From positions 25,110,001-25,174,000 of the forward strand of contig CM114271.1 in the NCBI GenBank assembly GCA_050084515.1: DNA of 64,000 nt, given 5' to 3'. A model generated the notes under the pieces. The model was not told the origin of the DNA, did no database searches, and saw only the letters and a list, made by a program, of their open reading frames with translations. The translations under genes were made by a program, and so were the position numbers. The DNA comes from Blasia pusilla (Eukaryota). Shown here in pieces: positions 37,501 through 51,080 of the stretch; position 1 is the stretch's first letter; the number at the start of each line of letters is the position of its first letter.

Positions 37501-38130
37501 GGTAGGGTTAGATGGCTATTTGGAGTTAGAAGGACCTTAGCACCATCTAGGGGATTATTGGAGATATTTTGGCACTTCTCGTCTAGTTGTGTGGACTCCA
37601 TGAGTTAGCATGGGACCGTTTGTGTTTATATGTGCATTCGATGATATCGATGTATGTTATGTAGCTATGTGTATGCGCACGATAATTATCACGTATTTTA
37701 GGATATATCGATGAGATCTAGCAGAGCGCCTTTGGAGATATTGGAAGACACCCTGAGGAGGTCGTGGATGACCTACTGAGGGCACGTGTAACTTGAGAGA
37801 ACAAATTTCTCCTTCGTTTCGGCTTATTTGAAACCATATTGAGGAACTTACTATTTTGGCTAAGTTTCTATTTTTGTATAGTTGACTTTATAATTTGGGA
37901 AGTGGCCCTTCATCCACTACATCATGTCAAGAGCCAAGGAGGTGACCTAAGAGCATAGGTTACCGTGGAGAGAGCTTGGGAGAGTGCAGGGGATATACCT
38001 CAAAGAGAGAGATCTTGAGAGCCCATTCTCTCTTTGTTGAACCTCTTGGCAAGACGCGGCGGAGCTATGGTCCTTCTTGCCTTGTGTGTGTAACCTGAGC
38101 CTCTCATTAGGAGAGTAGGTTTGGTTTGAC

Positions 38131-38168
<38 letters not shown>

Positions 38169-38430
38169 CACAAAGAGAGAATGAGGTGAGGTGATTGAGA
38201 GGGCTATTATGGAGGAGGTTGCTAGTTTCTTGTTGTTGTGTAGGTTGGGTACCGTGTTCCCCGTTCAACGACTCTTGGGAGTGCTCATCGGAGCAAGAGC
38301 TGCTTGTTTATGTGTTATGTTTTGCAGATCTTTCGTGTGGAAGAGTGGCGCGCAGAAGCGCTGCCCAATTTTCATTAGAAATTGAGTATGGGGGCGGATT
38401 GCTCCATGCCAGTTCTCTCGGGAGCGCACC
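34543..38430 (+). mobile_element. Degenerate family-B Gypsy copy: RT-RNaseH-IN-PHD, then full B-NN-A LTR, PBS and start of a further leader
   Basis: CYIDDIVVF (~34940), PHD at ~37230-37375, PPT at ~37549, B 37558-37684, spacer AT, A from 37687, PBS-like ACAAAGAGAGAAT at 38170-38182. Many stops. Confidence 0.85.
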
Positions 38431-38459
38431 GACATACACGTTCTATGCTACTAACTTTG

Positions 38460-41019
38460 GAATTATATGTAATTGATACAAGAAAAGACAAGATTGACTC
38501 TCCACCAATAGTTAATGCAGAAGTAATGGTCGGGGCTAAAGGCATGGATTCAACTCATAGTGAAGATCTAGACACTATACACGTAAGGAGTTCAATTCAC
38601 TCTCTCACCTATGTATGGAAGTCAATTCACTCCAAAATTTTGTTTAGTGTCATAACCATAGCAAGATGAATTTACAACTCATTGATGCTTCTCTTTATAC
38701 TCTCATTCAAAAACTCCAAAGAGTGTCCAATGGAGGAGTTTAGCAAAAAGTGGTCAACATGCAACAACACACCCTAATTGTAAAAAAAAAAATCTTCATT
38801 TTCTTATTAGGAGTTGTAAATTGAAACTTGGATACATAATATATTTTTTGAATAATGATTAGACAAACATTCATCCCACAAATTTTTCCTTGCTCATTAT
38901 TTTTTGTCCAAAGATAATGTTAGTGTGGACATCAAAATTAAGTCATCCTTGCACAAAAGAAAATCAAGGCTACAACTTAATGTAGCAAATGAGCAAGAAA
39001 CTCAAATACGTTCAAGCTCTTAAAAAAAATCCAAAGCAAGTTCTTCATATGCACATAAATTGGCTCATACCATCTTTTCTTGTACCCATGTGACTAAGAT
39101 TTACCGGTATGGACAACTATTTGATTTTTTAGGACTTGTGTGAGGATTTTTTTCCAAATTGGGGTGGACATTCAAGAAGGTAAATTGATGCATTTGTCAA
39201 TTGTTCCCCATGACACATATACGCCAACTACGTATTGCATCAAACTTACCTTGAATCAACATTCATTTGATTGTAATTTCAGATTGGAGATAATCTCCTA
39301 CTCACAAAACCAAAGTTGAGTAGGACAAACCTTGGATTTGGAGTGATATTAGGATTTGGTGGAAAGGAGCAATTTCATGGCAAGAATATCCCATTGGGAA
39401 TGGTACGGATGGATTTGAAGGAAGTATTACATCCAGATCATCCCTTGTGGCCTACTAATCTGGTTGATGAGCCTCCATAGATGACTTGTGTTGATTCACT
39501 TGGCTCAAGGATCCTTTGGCCGGAGATACATATGAGGAAGGTGATCCACTAGGTATTTTGTGTCATAAATATGAAGCTTGTAAAATTTAGACATGAGATT
39601 TCTCAGGTTTTGAATGTAGATTAAATGGTTAGCTTGACATTTTGGCCATATATAAGCATGTCAAGAAACTTAGTGATTCTTAAACATGCTTTAACACAAG
39701 GTTATGCTTTCTTCTCTTCACGTTTTGATCTTGGTTTTGTTGAGTAAACCTGCATTGCTTATAAAGCACTCAAGATCTAGATGATTTTCAAATATCTATC
39801 TATGGGTTATCATCGCTTGGTTATTATTAAGACTCACCAACATTTTTGTGCGGGGTATCGTGATCCCTAATATGAAGGGTGTAATCTTCTAAATGAGTGT
39901 ATGTTTCGAGTGCAACGCATTATGATTTTGACACATTTTCCATGTGGCTTACATGGTTAGATTGAAACTTTTGCCATGTATAAGCGTGCTAAGAACTATG
40001 TGATTCTTACTCGTGCTTCAATTCAAGGTGATTTTTTCTTCCAAATTTGATCTTAATTCTTTTGAGTAAACATGCATTGCTTATGAAATACTTTCAATAA
40101 TTAGTTTCTTGGAATTAGCATCGCCTAGTCATAAGGTTTGTTGCTCTTCAAGTTCTATTGCAATGACTATACAAAACCACTGACTCAAAGGGTTGAACCT
40201 CTGTGACTACATCACTCATATCATAAATTATTATATGACCTAAGTAGTTACTCTTAACTATAGCCCATGACACACAATAGTGTTATCCATAACTCATATA
40301 TTCACTGTATACTACAAATTTGTAAAGGATTGGTCAAGTCATTTGAAAATGACTATGTATAGGACAAAAGTATCAAAAATGATTGACAATGACACATCGA
40401 GTCGTTATGGATGACTTATTAATGATTCACCTGGTCAATTACCATCATAGATGACTACTGAAATGACCACGTGAGTCGTAAGGAACAAAAAAATGGGTAT
40501 AAATTTGCAAGTATGACTCAGTCTTGACAAATAAGTAAGCATGTCACATCATCCACTACATAAGATATGCTACTGGACTAGCCAAGTGACTCCTAGAGTC
40601 ATATAACCCAAATGATAACTAGAGCATATCATGTGTTTCCCTCTTAGTGGATCCAATGTGATCAATCCTTGCCAAAATTAGGGTAAATGACTAGGCTAGT
40701 CATGTACCATGACTCCAACTACATACATGGCTATAAATATCACTACGAATTAAATTTTTTTGGCATTGCATGTCATCCGATGAGCTAGCATCCTCATCAT
40801 GTGATGATGTGCCATTCCATCCATGTCATCTCGATGACATGGTAGTAAAGGAGTATAAGTTCTTGGTTTAATCATATACCAACATCCACGTATGCAAATC
40901 CTTCTAGTTGTATGAGTCATTATGGGTATATAATGTCTATATGAGTAATCAGTCATTGCTAGTTGTGAAATGATATAAATGACTCATAGGAGTCATAAAA
41001 CCATGATTTTCTTCTAGTG
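38460..41019 (+). mobile_element. 3' remnant of a CACTA transposon; left boundary uncertain
   Basis: TnpA/ORF2-like last exon, ATGAC/GTCAT-rich subterminal region 40160-41000, terminus TTTTCTTCTAGTG at 41019. Confidence 0.65.
39283..39552 (+). pseudogene. Terminal exon resembling the CACTA Tnp1/En/Spm (ORF2) C-terminal domain
   Basis: After a TTTCAG acceptor: IGDNLLL...LGFGVI...FHGKNIPLGMVRMDLKEVLHPDHPLWP...LGSRILWPE, with one internal TAG at 39478. Confidence 0.55.
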
Positions 41020-42064
41020 TTTGGGGCCCAGGGCATTGCCATCGATGATTATGGTGTGTTTAGGATGGACATGCGATTCATCCAACAAGATGATAAAGAG
41101 ATTGATAAACCTTGTATCTTTCCCTCACAAGTGGAGTAGTGTTTCTACATCAATCATCCATACTTCCGTGATACACATCCAGAGGAGTAGACCACCTTTG
41201 CAAAAAGTGGATATTGTACATTGCGATGTAGGATGATATACATAAGGCATTGCATAAATATTATACAATTTTATTACAATCCAATAGATAATTCCCATAT
41301 AGAATTGGCTGAGTCCCTAACCTCTCATACATTCATACAATCTTCATTTTTTTTATCATGATCATAGACGAGTTATCAAAATTAATCTCCTCCATAAGTA
41401 TACTTCCTCACTAAGTAAGTCTATCATTAGCTTTCATGGGCACATTGCTTGAATAGGCTTGCAATCCAGTCGTGCATGTAGTAGTATGTCGGGCTCTATA
41501 GTAAGAAAGGAGGTTTGTCTCTTAGCTAGATATCTTCATCCACTCCGTTCCTTGATTGTAAGTCTAGTCATTTGTGTTCAACAAATCACACTCTTGTTAC
41601 TAATCTCCACCAAAACACACTCACATTACCCATGTTTTAGGTGAACCAAGGTGTGAGATCCTTGAGCCAAGATCTAAGTCAAAGAAGAGTAGCACGAGGG
41701 AATAGTTAAGACAAGCACTAGCCATGACACTAGTCACGAAACGCAAAGGACGATAAGACAACCATGAGACATCAAATGGCAGGAGTCAAGATAGGCACTA
41801 GCCATGAGGTGCAAAAATGGGTCTAAGATCCAAGATGTGTTTAGAAAATAAGAAGTTCGAGAATCTGCAAGAAGACTGCCCCAAGCCACCTTGGGGTACA
41901 ACTAGTCAAATGTTGGTCTGCGGGTTATAAATCACTTGTCAATTGTGGGCCAAAAGAAAGGGCTTGGTGTAGATAATGTTATGGGGAAGGTGTAGCTTCC
42001 TAATAAAACCCCAAAAGTACCTATCGGGAGAGAGGAAACCTATTTAGGAGCTTAGTTCTCCATC

Positions 42065-42455
42065 TGACATTTGAGATTATGCTCTTCCACATTTGAGGAT
42101 TTGTGATCAAAATCTTGCGGAGATCATAAATTTTAGGTGAATTATCATATGAAGCTGAAATTTTCCGAGAATGTGGAAGCTAAAGAGATGTCTTTGCCCT
42201 AAAAATTTTAGGCCCAACCAAGTTTCAAAGACGAAGTTGTGTGACATTTGAGATTCTACTCTTCCACATTTGAGGATTTGTGATCAAAATCTTGCAGACA
42301 CCATATCTTTCAAGTGGAGTATTACATGAAGCTAAAAGTTTCAAGAAATGTGGAAGCTAAAGAGGTTCCCTTGCTCTAAAATTTCAGGGCAAACCAAGTT
42401 ACAAAAACGAAGTTGTGTGACATTTGAGATTATGTTCTTCCACATTTGAGGATTG
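42065..42455. repeat. ~177-bp tandem repeat, 2.2 units
   Basis: TGACATTTGAGATT..TCTTCCACATTTGAGGATT at 42065, 42242 and 42418. Confidence 0.85.
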
Positions 42456-42749
42456 GAGCACGTGCAACATCTGGGACCCTAAATCCATTTCACGATGACT
42501 ATTGAGGATGACATTTTGAATCTCATACAAGTCTTCTTGCATGAATTGAAAGAGATTCGGCAAGAATTCAAGGTACAAACTTATCAATTGAACCTTGCAT
42601 ATGTTTAGATCAGAGAGTTGAAGGCATTGCAAGAGCCCTTGAAGAATGTGATGAAAGATAGTTCTATTGTGATTATGGATCTTTCCAAATGTGTAGCGGA
42701 TGTTCAAGAGAAAGCATCATCATTAGCAAAAAGTCCCAATAGTTCATGA

Positions 42750-42935
42750 TTGCATGGAATTGTGGAAAGTTTGGAAGTGAAAATTAAGTCTTATGCGGAA
42801 GCCACAAAGGTTGCCCAAATTTCTTTCTTCCAAGAGCAAGAGATAGAAAAGGAAAACAAATTTGCACACAGGAAGAACGTGAGAATTTTAGGATTATCTA
42901 AAACAAAAAATGAAGAGGTGAAGAGTGTTTTCACC
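42750..42935 (+). pseudogene. Possible LINE ORF1-like fragment
   Basis: Charged coiled-coil-like stretch followed by RKNVRILGL, similar to the RRxNxRIxGL motif of L1-type ORF1. Short and weak. Confidence 0.3.
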
Positions 42936-44059
42936 TCATCCCAAATCATGCCTAGCCCTCCCTGACGAAAGGCATGGGATGCTGGAAAGCTCACCAACGT
43001 AGGTAAGGCTACCCTCAACTCCCCCACCCTATTCGCCATCACCGACGGTGGTCTATCATCCCGCGTCACCACTTGAGATTGACGCCCTGAGCCCAAAATA
43101 GCATCCACTGTGAGATGTGGTGGTCTCTCGACTTCATCGTATGCTCGAATCAGTACCTCTGATGGTATCAGGTTCGTCCACCACAGTCGTGGATGATGGG
43201 CGCGTGATCCAACTCTCACTACATCTAACAACACAACAAGTCCCAACCAAGACCTCACTTGATGCACACTCGTCATCACACGTGCACAAGTGTCTCCCAA
43301 CAACGGCATGTTCTAAAAAATGTATGCGGAGAACATGTATGACTCTCCTGCAAGTGTTGTACTACTCGCAGCATCTCCCAAAACATCACTGATCTCAGAT
43401 CCTGCAATCCAAACCCTCGGCCAACTGATGAATGACCCTGACATGGCCATCCAGCAATCACCAAATGAATGGTACCAACTCTATCCAGATCCTATGCCCC
43501 CACCAAAGAGATGTCGGCGGGTAGTGTATGTTGATATCCCCGTATTGCAGATACCGGAAATAACTCAGGATACCTCTGGACCAATCTCACTACGTGACGT
43601 AATGATTCTCGCCGCCCAGTCTCATCTCTCTCCACATAAAGGTATTGATGCACCTGTATGCCTGCCTACAATACCTCTGCCAATCCTGTGCTAATCACTC
43701 CAAAGAGATCTAACACCCTAACACCCTCCTTTGGACACTGCCACACAACGAGGGTGGTATCCAATGGGGTCAACGTCTCCACTCCAGAGGCCCGATCGCC
43801 ACTTGACTCTTGCTGCTCTGGGATAAAAGCATGACTCCATGCCTGCCTAAGGAGGTCGTCGGCACTCCTCTGTGGCTCTCGTGTTGTACCCCATAATGGT
43901 GAAGAGGTCTCGCCAACATAAGAAGAGATACCCGCCATGGCCTGTCTCTCCGTGGGACTATCCACCATTGGGATATCCTTCGCTTGTGCATTCTCCTCCA
44001 ACAACTCTCATGGCCAGCTAACACTACCTATGAAAGCTGCCAACTTGGTCACAGACTCA
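42936..44059 (-). pseudogene. Fragment of an older DNMT-Gypsy copy (methyltransferase domain); continues at 63464-63560
   Basis: VLDLFGVISTG, VIAGWPCQGH, ENM, RAHHPRLWWTNL. The reading GWRSGDGWMSQL...RDE|SVTKLAAF joins across the 44060-63459 insertion. Confidence 0.85.
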
Positions 44060-44364
44060 TGTCGTGCGTATACACATTGCTACACAACATACATCCCTGT
44101 CACCGAACACACACACAAACACACATGATCCCATGCTAACTCATGGCATCCAAACAACGAGACAAGAAGTACCAAAATATCTCCAATCGTCCCCCTAGCT
44201 GGTGGTTAGGTCCCTCTAACTCCAGATAGCCATCTATCCCTACCTACAATGACATACATCTTTCGAACGCTAAGAGCAAGAAGGTCGGGTGCTCATGTGG
44301 CCCCATCGTTAGTCGCCTTCTTGTCATCCATGTCACAAATACAAGTCAGAATGTAAAACTACCT

Positions 44365-47300
44365 ACTCTATGTACATCTGGGACACATCCATCATCCCTG
44401 AGGAACCCTAGTGAGAGGTGGCATCAAACATGTCATATGCCATCCTCTCGAACATCCATCATAGACTAGCATAGTGGCTGCACCACGGGCGGAACCACAC
44501 AACATACACCGCAAGCCTGCAGGAACTATTGCTAAGCTCAAATCAACTATAACGTCAATGTTTGGAAGATGACATGGTGCACAGTTATGCACATGGTCCT
44601 TCCAAACCATACCATCGCGTCCCTCCAGTAAGAGAACATCGGATGGCAAAACCTCACGCACTCTCAAGATGGTGCGCCCTGAAGTCACATCCAACATCGT
44701 GGGTGTCGTCTGCTGCAAGTAGACATAGTCTCCCTGATGAAACCTCTAGATAGTAGCTCGATAACTACCTCCCCGAATAGTCACATACCTCAACGTATCC
44801 CGATGGTGCGTAATTGCCAAGTTCTCAAATGTCATGGGCATCACTCTCCGAGAAAACTCAACCCTCTCAGAACATGCTTGCATCCATACATCAGGTTCAT
44901 CAAGGTTCAACACCTCACCAGTATCTCAACGAATGGCCGTTGGTAAATCTGGTTCTCGGCCATAAAGCAACAAGTATGGTGTGAAAGACGCTAAGGATGC
45001 TTGCTTGCTGAATCTGTATCCCATCGCCAACCACGGAAACTAAAGGTCCCAGTCTCCTAGGTGACCTCTCTGCAAGCCATACTTGTGTAGTCCTCTCTTC
45101 ACTGTCTACACAACCCGCTCCGCTAGTCCATCCGCCTCAGGATGATCTCAAGAAGTAGTGCGATGGTTGATCAGTGCCTGATCACACAAGGCCTGAAACT
45201 CCCCACGGAACTTTGTACCCTGGTCTGTCAACACCTCAGCTTGCACGCCGTAATGACTCAACACTCGATCTATGGAGGCATATGCAACTCCCTTACTCGC
45301 TTTGTCAGGCAATGCAACCAACTCTATCCACTTTGAGAAGTGCTCGACCATCACCAACACATAACGACTATGGCGCTCCGTCAAAGGCAAAGGTCCTGCA
45401 AAATCCAAACTCCATCTATAACCTAAACCCATGATCGAAAGTGGATGCAACTGTGGAGTTGGTGCATTGAACAATGCTCAGACTCGATCACACACCATGC
45501 ATCTGGCAACAAACTGCTGAACGTCAGTCTGCATGCCTCGTCACCAATACTGAATCTGGAGCAAGTTGTACGTCCGCTTCACTCCAAAATGACCCAACTC
45601 CTCGTGGGCATGACGCACCAAATATGCTCTCTGCAAAGGATGAGGCACTACACGCACTCTACCATCCTCCCACACTCGCAACACATGTGTGCCCTCAAAC
45701 CGGAACCGTGTGGCTCGTTGTAGGATCCGATCCCACTCTCTAGAACCCATTGTGCTCGCGACGCTGCCACTACGCAGGTACTCCAAGACCACTCCATCGT
45801 CGTGAATGTCTTGGCCACCTATCGTCTCCTCACTGGCCTCTAGATCTAAGGACTCTCCATCAGACATCGCCATCGAAGTCTCCACAATCTGGCTCTCCAT
45901 AGCCAACAAGCCCAAATAGGCTGACGCATGCTATCGGGCACCAACTCCTCATCACTCTCACCATGCCAACGAGCTCCAGTCGCATCTCGCTGACTCGGGT
46001 ATGGGTTACGGCTCAAACCATGGCCATCCTGGTTGAGCATCCTAGGTCTATGCACCACCTGGAAGTCATACCCCTGCAACAAAAGAGCCCACTTCGCAAG
46101 CTTTCCCGTAAGCTAGTCGGACTCCATCAACCACTTAAATGGTTGATGATCAGTAATGATGGTAAAGGGATTGCCGAATAGATAACATCTTAAATGTGCG
46201 ACAGTCCACACTGCAGCCAAGCACTCATCCTCATACGAGCTATACTTCGCCTTTGCAGCGTTATTTGAGCGACTAGCGTAAGCCACCACAAAACTCTCTA
46301 CCATCATCATCATGTTGGGTGAGCACGGCTCCAAGCCCCAACAAGCTCCAATCGGTATACAACTGGAAAGGATGCCCCCTGATCCGTTTCCTCAATATGG
46401 GCGCGGACGTCAATATGTCCTTGAGCATCTGAAATGCTCTCTCTTGCTCATCCCCCCAGTGCCACTCCTGATCCACCTTGTTCATCAAAGTTAGCGGCTT
46501 TGCAATTGAACTGAAACCCTTGACGTACCGTCAATAGAAGTTTACCAATCCCATGAATGCACGAACTTGACTCACATCTGTAGGGCATGGAATGCATGAA
46601 ATAGCCTCTACCTTCGTCTGTTGCACACCAAGGCCCCCAGGGTATATTGTATGACCCAAGTACTCAATCTAGTCGTAAAAGAACTTGCACTTGCTTGGAT
46701 GTAGCTTCAGCCCATGTAACTGCAATCGTCAAAACACCTCCTCTAGATGTCGCTCATGCTCCTCAACTGTGGCGCTAAAGACTACGATGTCATCAATATA
46801 ACACCTAGCAAAATCCAGACCTGCCAAGATTCTACCCACGACCCTCTGAAACTCAGCCAGGGCGTTCTTTAACCTGAATGGGAAGAACCGCCATTGGTAC
46901 AAAAACTCCTTCTCGTGAGGATCGATGCCCCAAAATGCCATCTTTTTTCTGTCCTCCAATCTGAGAGGAAGCTGATGGTATTTGGCTCGCAAATCCAATG
47001 AATTGAAGACCTTTGCATACCCAATTGCATCAAAGATCTCCTCAGGGATGGGCATGGCATACCTATTGGCCTTTTTTTGTTGATTGATAGGTCGGTAATC
47101 TCCACACATTTGCCTATCCGTCCAGTTTCCATGCACATCCTTCTTGGCGGGCTTGACAGTGGCAGATGCATACTCTCCATGCAACATCTCCACTAGTCCT
47201 GCTCCAACCAAGTCTGCTCCTACTCTGAATCTGAGCCCTCTCCATATCACTGTACCTGTAGGGTTTTTGGAAGATCGGCGTGTCACTCGACAGCTCAATG
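44365..47300 (-). pseudogene. pol: RT, RNase H, integrase and PHD finger of the family-B element
   Basis: CYIDDIVVFS, LYTDWSLLGLGAVL, ITDHQPFKWL, HAHEELGHFG, WSLDFAGP, VLTDQG, CMLCGS..DGCSRGWHMTCL. Confidence 0.9.
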
Positions 47301-47749
47301 CGGATTCATGGACCCTTCAGTGTACCCAAATCATGCATACTAAATGCAAAATAGCTCTTATAACTCCTAAGGAACTGGTGCATCCAACGCCGCTCTCCTC
47401 CTGTCAACTCAGGGCCCATATCTGGCTCCCAAGTCTCCATCATGACTACGATACGTCTCTCCGGAACGGATGTCAGTGGTTGCTATGGTGCAACCTCGTC
47501 TCAAATAATAGAACTGCCATCTCCACATGCAGTACTCGAAACCACGCTCGATGCGGTGGCTATCATCTCTTGGCGTACCTGCAAAACATCCCAAGAAGTC
47601 CAAGGGTGTCTCTCCCAATCACCCTTGGTGTGTCGATCTCCTTGGGTCTCGCCCCCAACCAGTGCCTCAATCGTCTCGGTAGGCATGGGGCTCACCAACG
47701 CAACTTTTGTGATTTGTCGCATCCTCAAACGACGTTGCTAAGCTACTCC

Positions 47750-48710
47750 TAAGTTGAAAATCCATGTCAAGCAGTTCAGGTCCATCGCCTGACCCGAGAT
47801 ATAACGTCGTGATGCCTCTGATAGTGACGGTACTGCCGTCACTTGTGTGGGGAATCCCATCGCTCACTCTCGCTCATGGGCGTTGGGCTCCATCAGCCTT
47901 TGTACTTGATCATCCCAAACCAGGTACAGAGGTACAGAGGCCAGGTCTCGCCTCCTTGAATGCATAGGAAGCGAGAAAACTCACCAATATGGGAAGGGCG
48001 GCTCGTGGCATGCCAATCCTGTTGACCACAGTCAACGACAGTTGATCATCGTGCCTCAGTGCCTGTGATCGACGGTCCGGATCCAATATAGAATCCACCA
48101 ACAAATCGGAGGGATGCTCCACTCTCGCATAAGCCCTCCGTAATACCTCATGTGGTACCAAGTTGGTCCACCAAAGACGCGGGAAATATGCTCGTGAACC
48201 CACACTCGCTGCATCTAACAACACCGTCATGCCGATCCATGCACGCACCTGATGTGCACTCGTCACCACACGGGGCCTCGAATCGGCCAAAATTGGCACA
48301 TTCTCCAAAATGTATGGTGGAGATTGATGCTCCTATTAATGTCGCAAGATTTGCATCATCTCCCAAAAAAACTTGGACCGAGTGTCAGCTAACCCGCTAC
48401 CTCGTCCAACACTCGATTGGCCCTGACACAGCCAACCAGCAATGACCAAATCTATGGTCCGTACCCGCTCCAAGTCCTACGCCCCCAATAATGAAATATC
48501 CCTCGATAGGGAACTCTAGTAACCCTTAATGGCAAACGTTGACAACAAGTCGGGAAAATGGAGGCGTAACAGCGCCACATGGTGAAGTGAAGCACGCCTC
48601 GCAACATCATCAATCTCCACATACAAAAACTCTTGCACGCGCACTCCAGCGTGCAAAACAGCAGCTAACCCAGTGCCAATCCCTCCAAAGAGATCCAACA
48701 CCCGAATACC
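47750..48710 (-). pseudogene. DNMT3-like C5 methyltransferase domain of the family-B element
   Basis: LDLFGGIGTG, YVEID, DLVIAGWLCQG (PC mutated to LC, ~48421-48452), ENV, PRLWWTNL. Confidence 0.88.
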
Positions 48711-48859
48711 CTTCTCCTTCTCTGGGATGCATCACATAATCGTGGTGGTGTCCAAAGGGGTCATAGCAGCACTCCTGCCTACTTGGGGTTCCTCTGACCC
48801 GTCACATTGTGGTGCAAGCGTCTCGCTCCACGCGGTCTGCACATGCTCAATGGCTAAGC

Positions 48860-50697
48860 GTCAAAGCTCCTCCGTAGAGCCCCAAAGCGGCACCTCTCCT
48901 CCACAAACTGATGTAGCTACCATGACACTCGTCTCCATAGAAATGTCAAGAACGGGAGGATCCTCTACATGGACATGTCCCTCAATCAAATCACTAGGCC
49001 AAGTGATGGCACTACTAAATGTTGCTAAGGTCGCCATCTCTCTTGGCCGTTGCTCGATCACTGCACTTGTGAATCGAACGGGTAATGAGCTAAGACGCCT
49101 ATCACCTGATTGCCATCCTGGTCTGTGGGATGCTGACTCCTCCCAGTAATCCAGGGAAAACCCCATCGGGTATAACACTGGTCCACCAACCAAGACGTCG
49201 TAGGACTCTGCATCAGTCACTATCGCCTTGGCTCGCAACACGGACTCATTTGTAGGATATCCCGGGCGAATCCTCACCATGACCTCCTATCGGGTGATAT
49301 ACTATGTGGTACTTGCTCCATCCAAGGATTTATGTATCCAAAATGGACAACGCTCCACATCAGCTCTCGTCAAGCTCAATCCTCAGAATGACGCTTTCCC
49401 CAACATCAGGGGTTGCGCTCCTGAATCCAACAAGACGCGATGCGGACTAAAAGCTCTACCTCCATGACTCACCAACCGGAAGACCTCTCCTCGGTTATCG
49501 AGCAACACAACACCAGGAGAAACCATGGCACGCTCTATCGCGGGTCTAGCGGGCATCTCCACCATCCTAGCAGCCGCAACCTGCCATAAATATGACGTGG
49601 ACGGCCCCAGCATCCGCTCCAAGGGCAGGTCCATCACCTCTTCTGCAATCACCTCTGATGGTGATGCAGGAACTCCAACTCTACGCTCACATACCATAGC
49701 GGCCAACCAAAAAATCTTGGCGGGTGTACCTCCCAACGTCATAACATCGGAAGCAGAAAATAAAGGAGCGCGGTACACAACGGTGGCCGCCCCCAACAAC
49801 GTGCTTGACACATGCCCCTCTTGAGCATCAGCAATAGGAGTCGTCGCACTTGCTTCTCCCATCTCCCTCCGTGCTTGCACACCAACAACATCACCAACTC
49901 TTCAGGAGCTCTGATCAAGACCCATCGATGGGTTCCTCATCGCCTCAAACAACGTGAAAGACTGAGGAAGCCTAGTCTGTTTCTTGGCTTCCCCTTGCAG
50001 AGTTGGATCCTCCATTTGGGCAACCCCGCACATCCAACCAGGATCCTCCATGTCTCTGGCTGCTCCATATGATGTCAATGCCACCGATCCACATCAGGTA
50101 ACCTCAATGCCATAGCGGCAATCTACTCCTGTAGCTGTTGTATCTGAGCAGCCATCCCAGCCTCACGCCTGGCGTCTCCCTCAATGCGTCTAGGTGGTGG
50201 GACTCTACCTCCTCCACGGGAAGCTCCACCACCTTGTCGGGCAACTCTACCTCCTCATCCCCCAACGGGACCACCTGGTGCACGACCTCTAACCCCACCG
50301 GACCGGCTACTCGCTCTGGTGCCCTCTCTGGCCCTCGGTCCGGACGTAACTCAGGATGTAAACTGAAACACTTGGCGCGTGTATGACCATACCTCTGACA
50401 ATAGTCACACTGATAACCTCCTAGTGCAGCACCATCTCCTCCTCCATGTTGAGGCACGTCCATGACCATGACGAGTGCAATCGCGCTCATGATGGGCTCC
50501 ACCACATGACCACCAAGTAATAGTAGGCGAATGTTGCTCGCCCATATGAAGGCGCAGGTCTCTGTGGCACAGCCTCTTGGTATCCTCCCTGAGCTCGCGG
50601 TGCCACAGTCGACCTATCTTGGAGTCCATGTTGTTGCACAGGTGGTGCAGACAATTGTGACTACTCTCGCCCAAAACCCATGGTGGCTACGCTTTCC
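48860..50697 (-). pseudogene. Gag zinc knuckles and protease of the family-B element
   Basis: WSCGGAHHERDC, CDYCQRYGHTRAKC, VLLDSGAQPLMLG, YDVLVGG. Confidence 0.85.
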
Positions 50698-50865
50698 TCT
50701 GTGTCATGACCATACGGATTATGTCGTAGAGTATGGTGTGCTAGTAGAGGCCATTCCTTATGTAGGACCGTAGTGGCTTGGTAGAGATGCGGTTCCATAC
50801 ATAGGGTTGGGGGTTACTCACTTGGGGGTGACTTTCCCAGTAGGGCCCGCTCTTAGGTTGGAGGA

Positions 50866-51080
50866 TATAAGGTGGCTTGCCCTCAAAGAAACGATCAGTT
50901 CTTTGAGTTGAGCTGTTGCGTTGGGAGTTAGCCTTGGTAGTGAGTAGAGCTCTTGGCTATGGTGTTTCCCGCAAGCTTCGACCTAGATTCTCCCATCGTG
51001 GAGTGGGTTTGGCTCGATTTTATGTGATTGTAAACGTATTTTATGACATTAGGTCTTTCACGGATTTCACTCAAAGAACT
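50866..51080 (+). promoter_or_regulatory. TATA box, predicted transcription start and complementary self-priming PBS of family A
   Basis: TATAA at 50866. AGTTCTTTGAGT at 50897-50908 is the exact reverse complement of ACTCAAAGAACT at 51069-51080. Same arrangement at 23107-23118 and 23280-23291. Confidence 0.7.

Noticed and set aside
38421-38434. GCGCACCGACA as a B-type terminus of the degenerate copy
   Set aside because: Only ~10 nt of similarity, no upstream B sequence and no TSD that can be tested.
40741-41019. 279-bp non-autonomous CACTA element (CACTACG...TAGTG)
   Set aside because: The TIRs match only over CACTA and the flanks TAT/TTT disagree.
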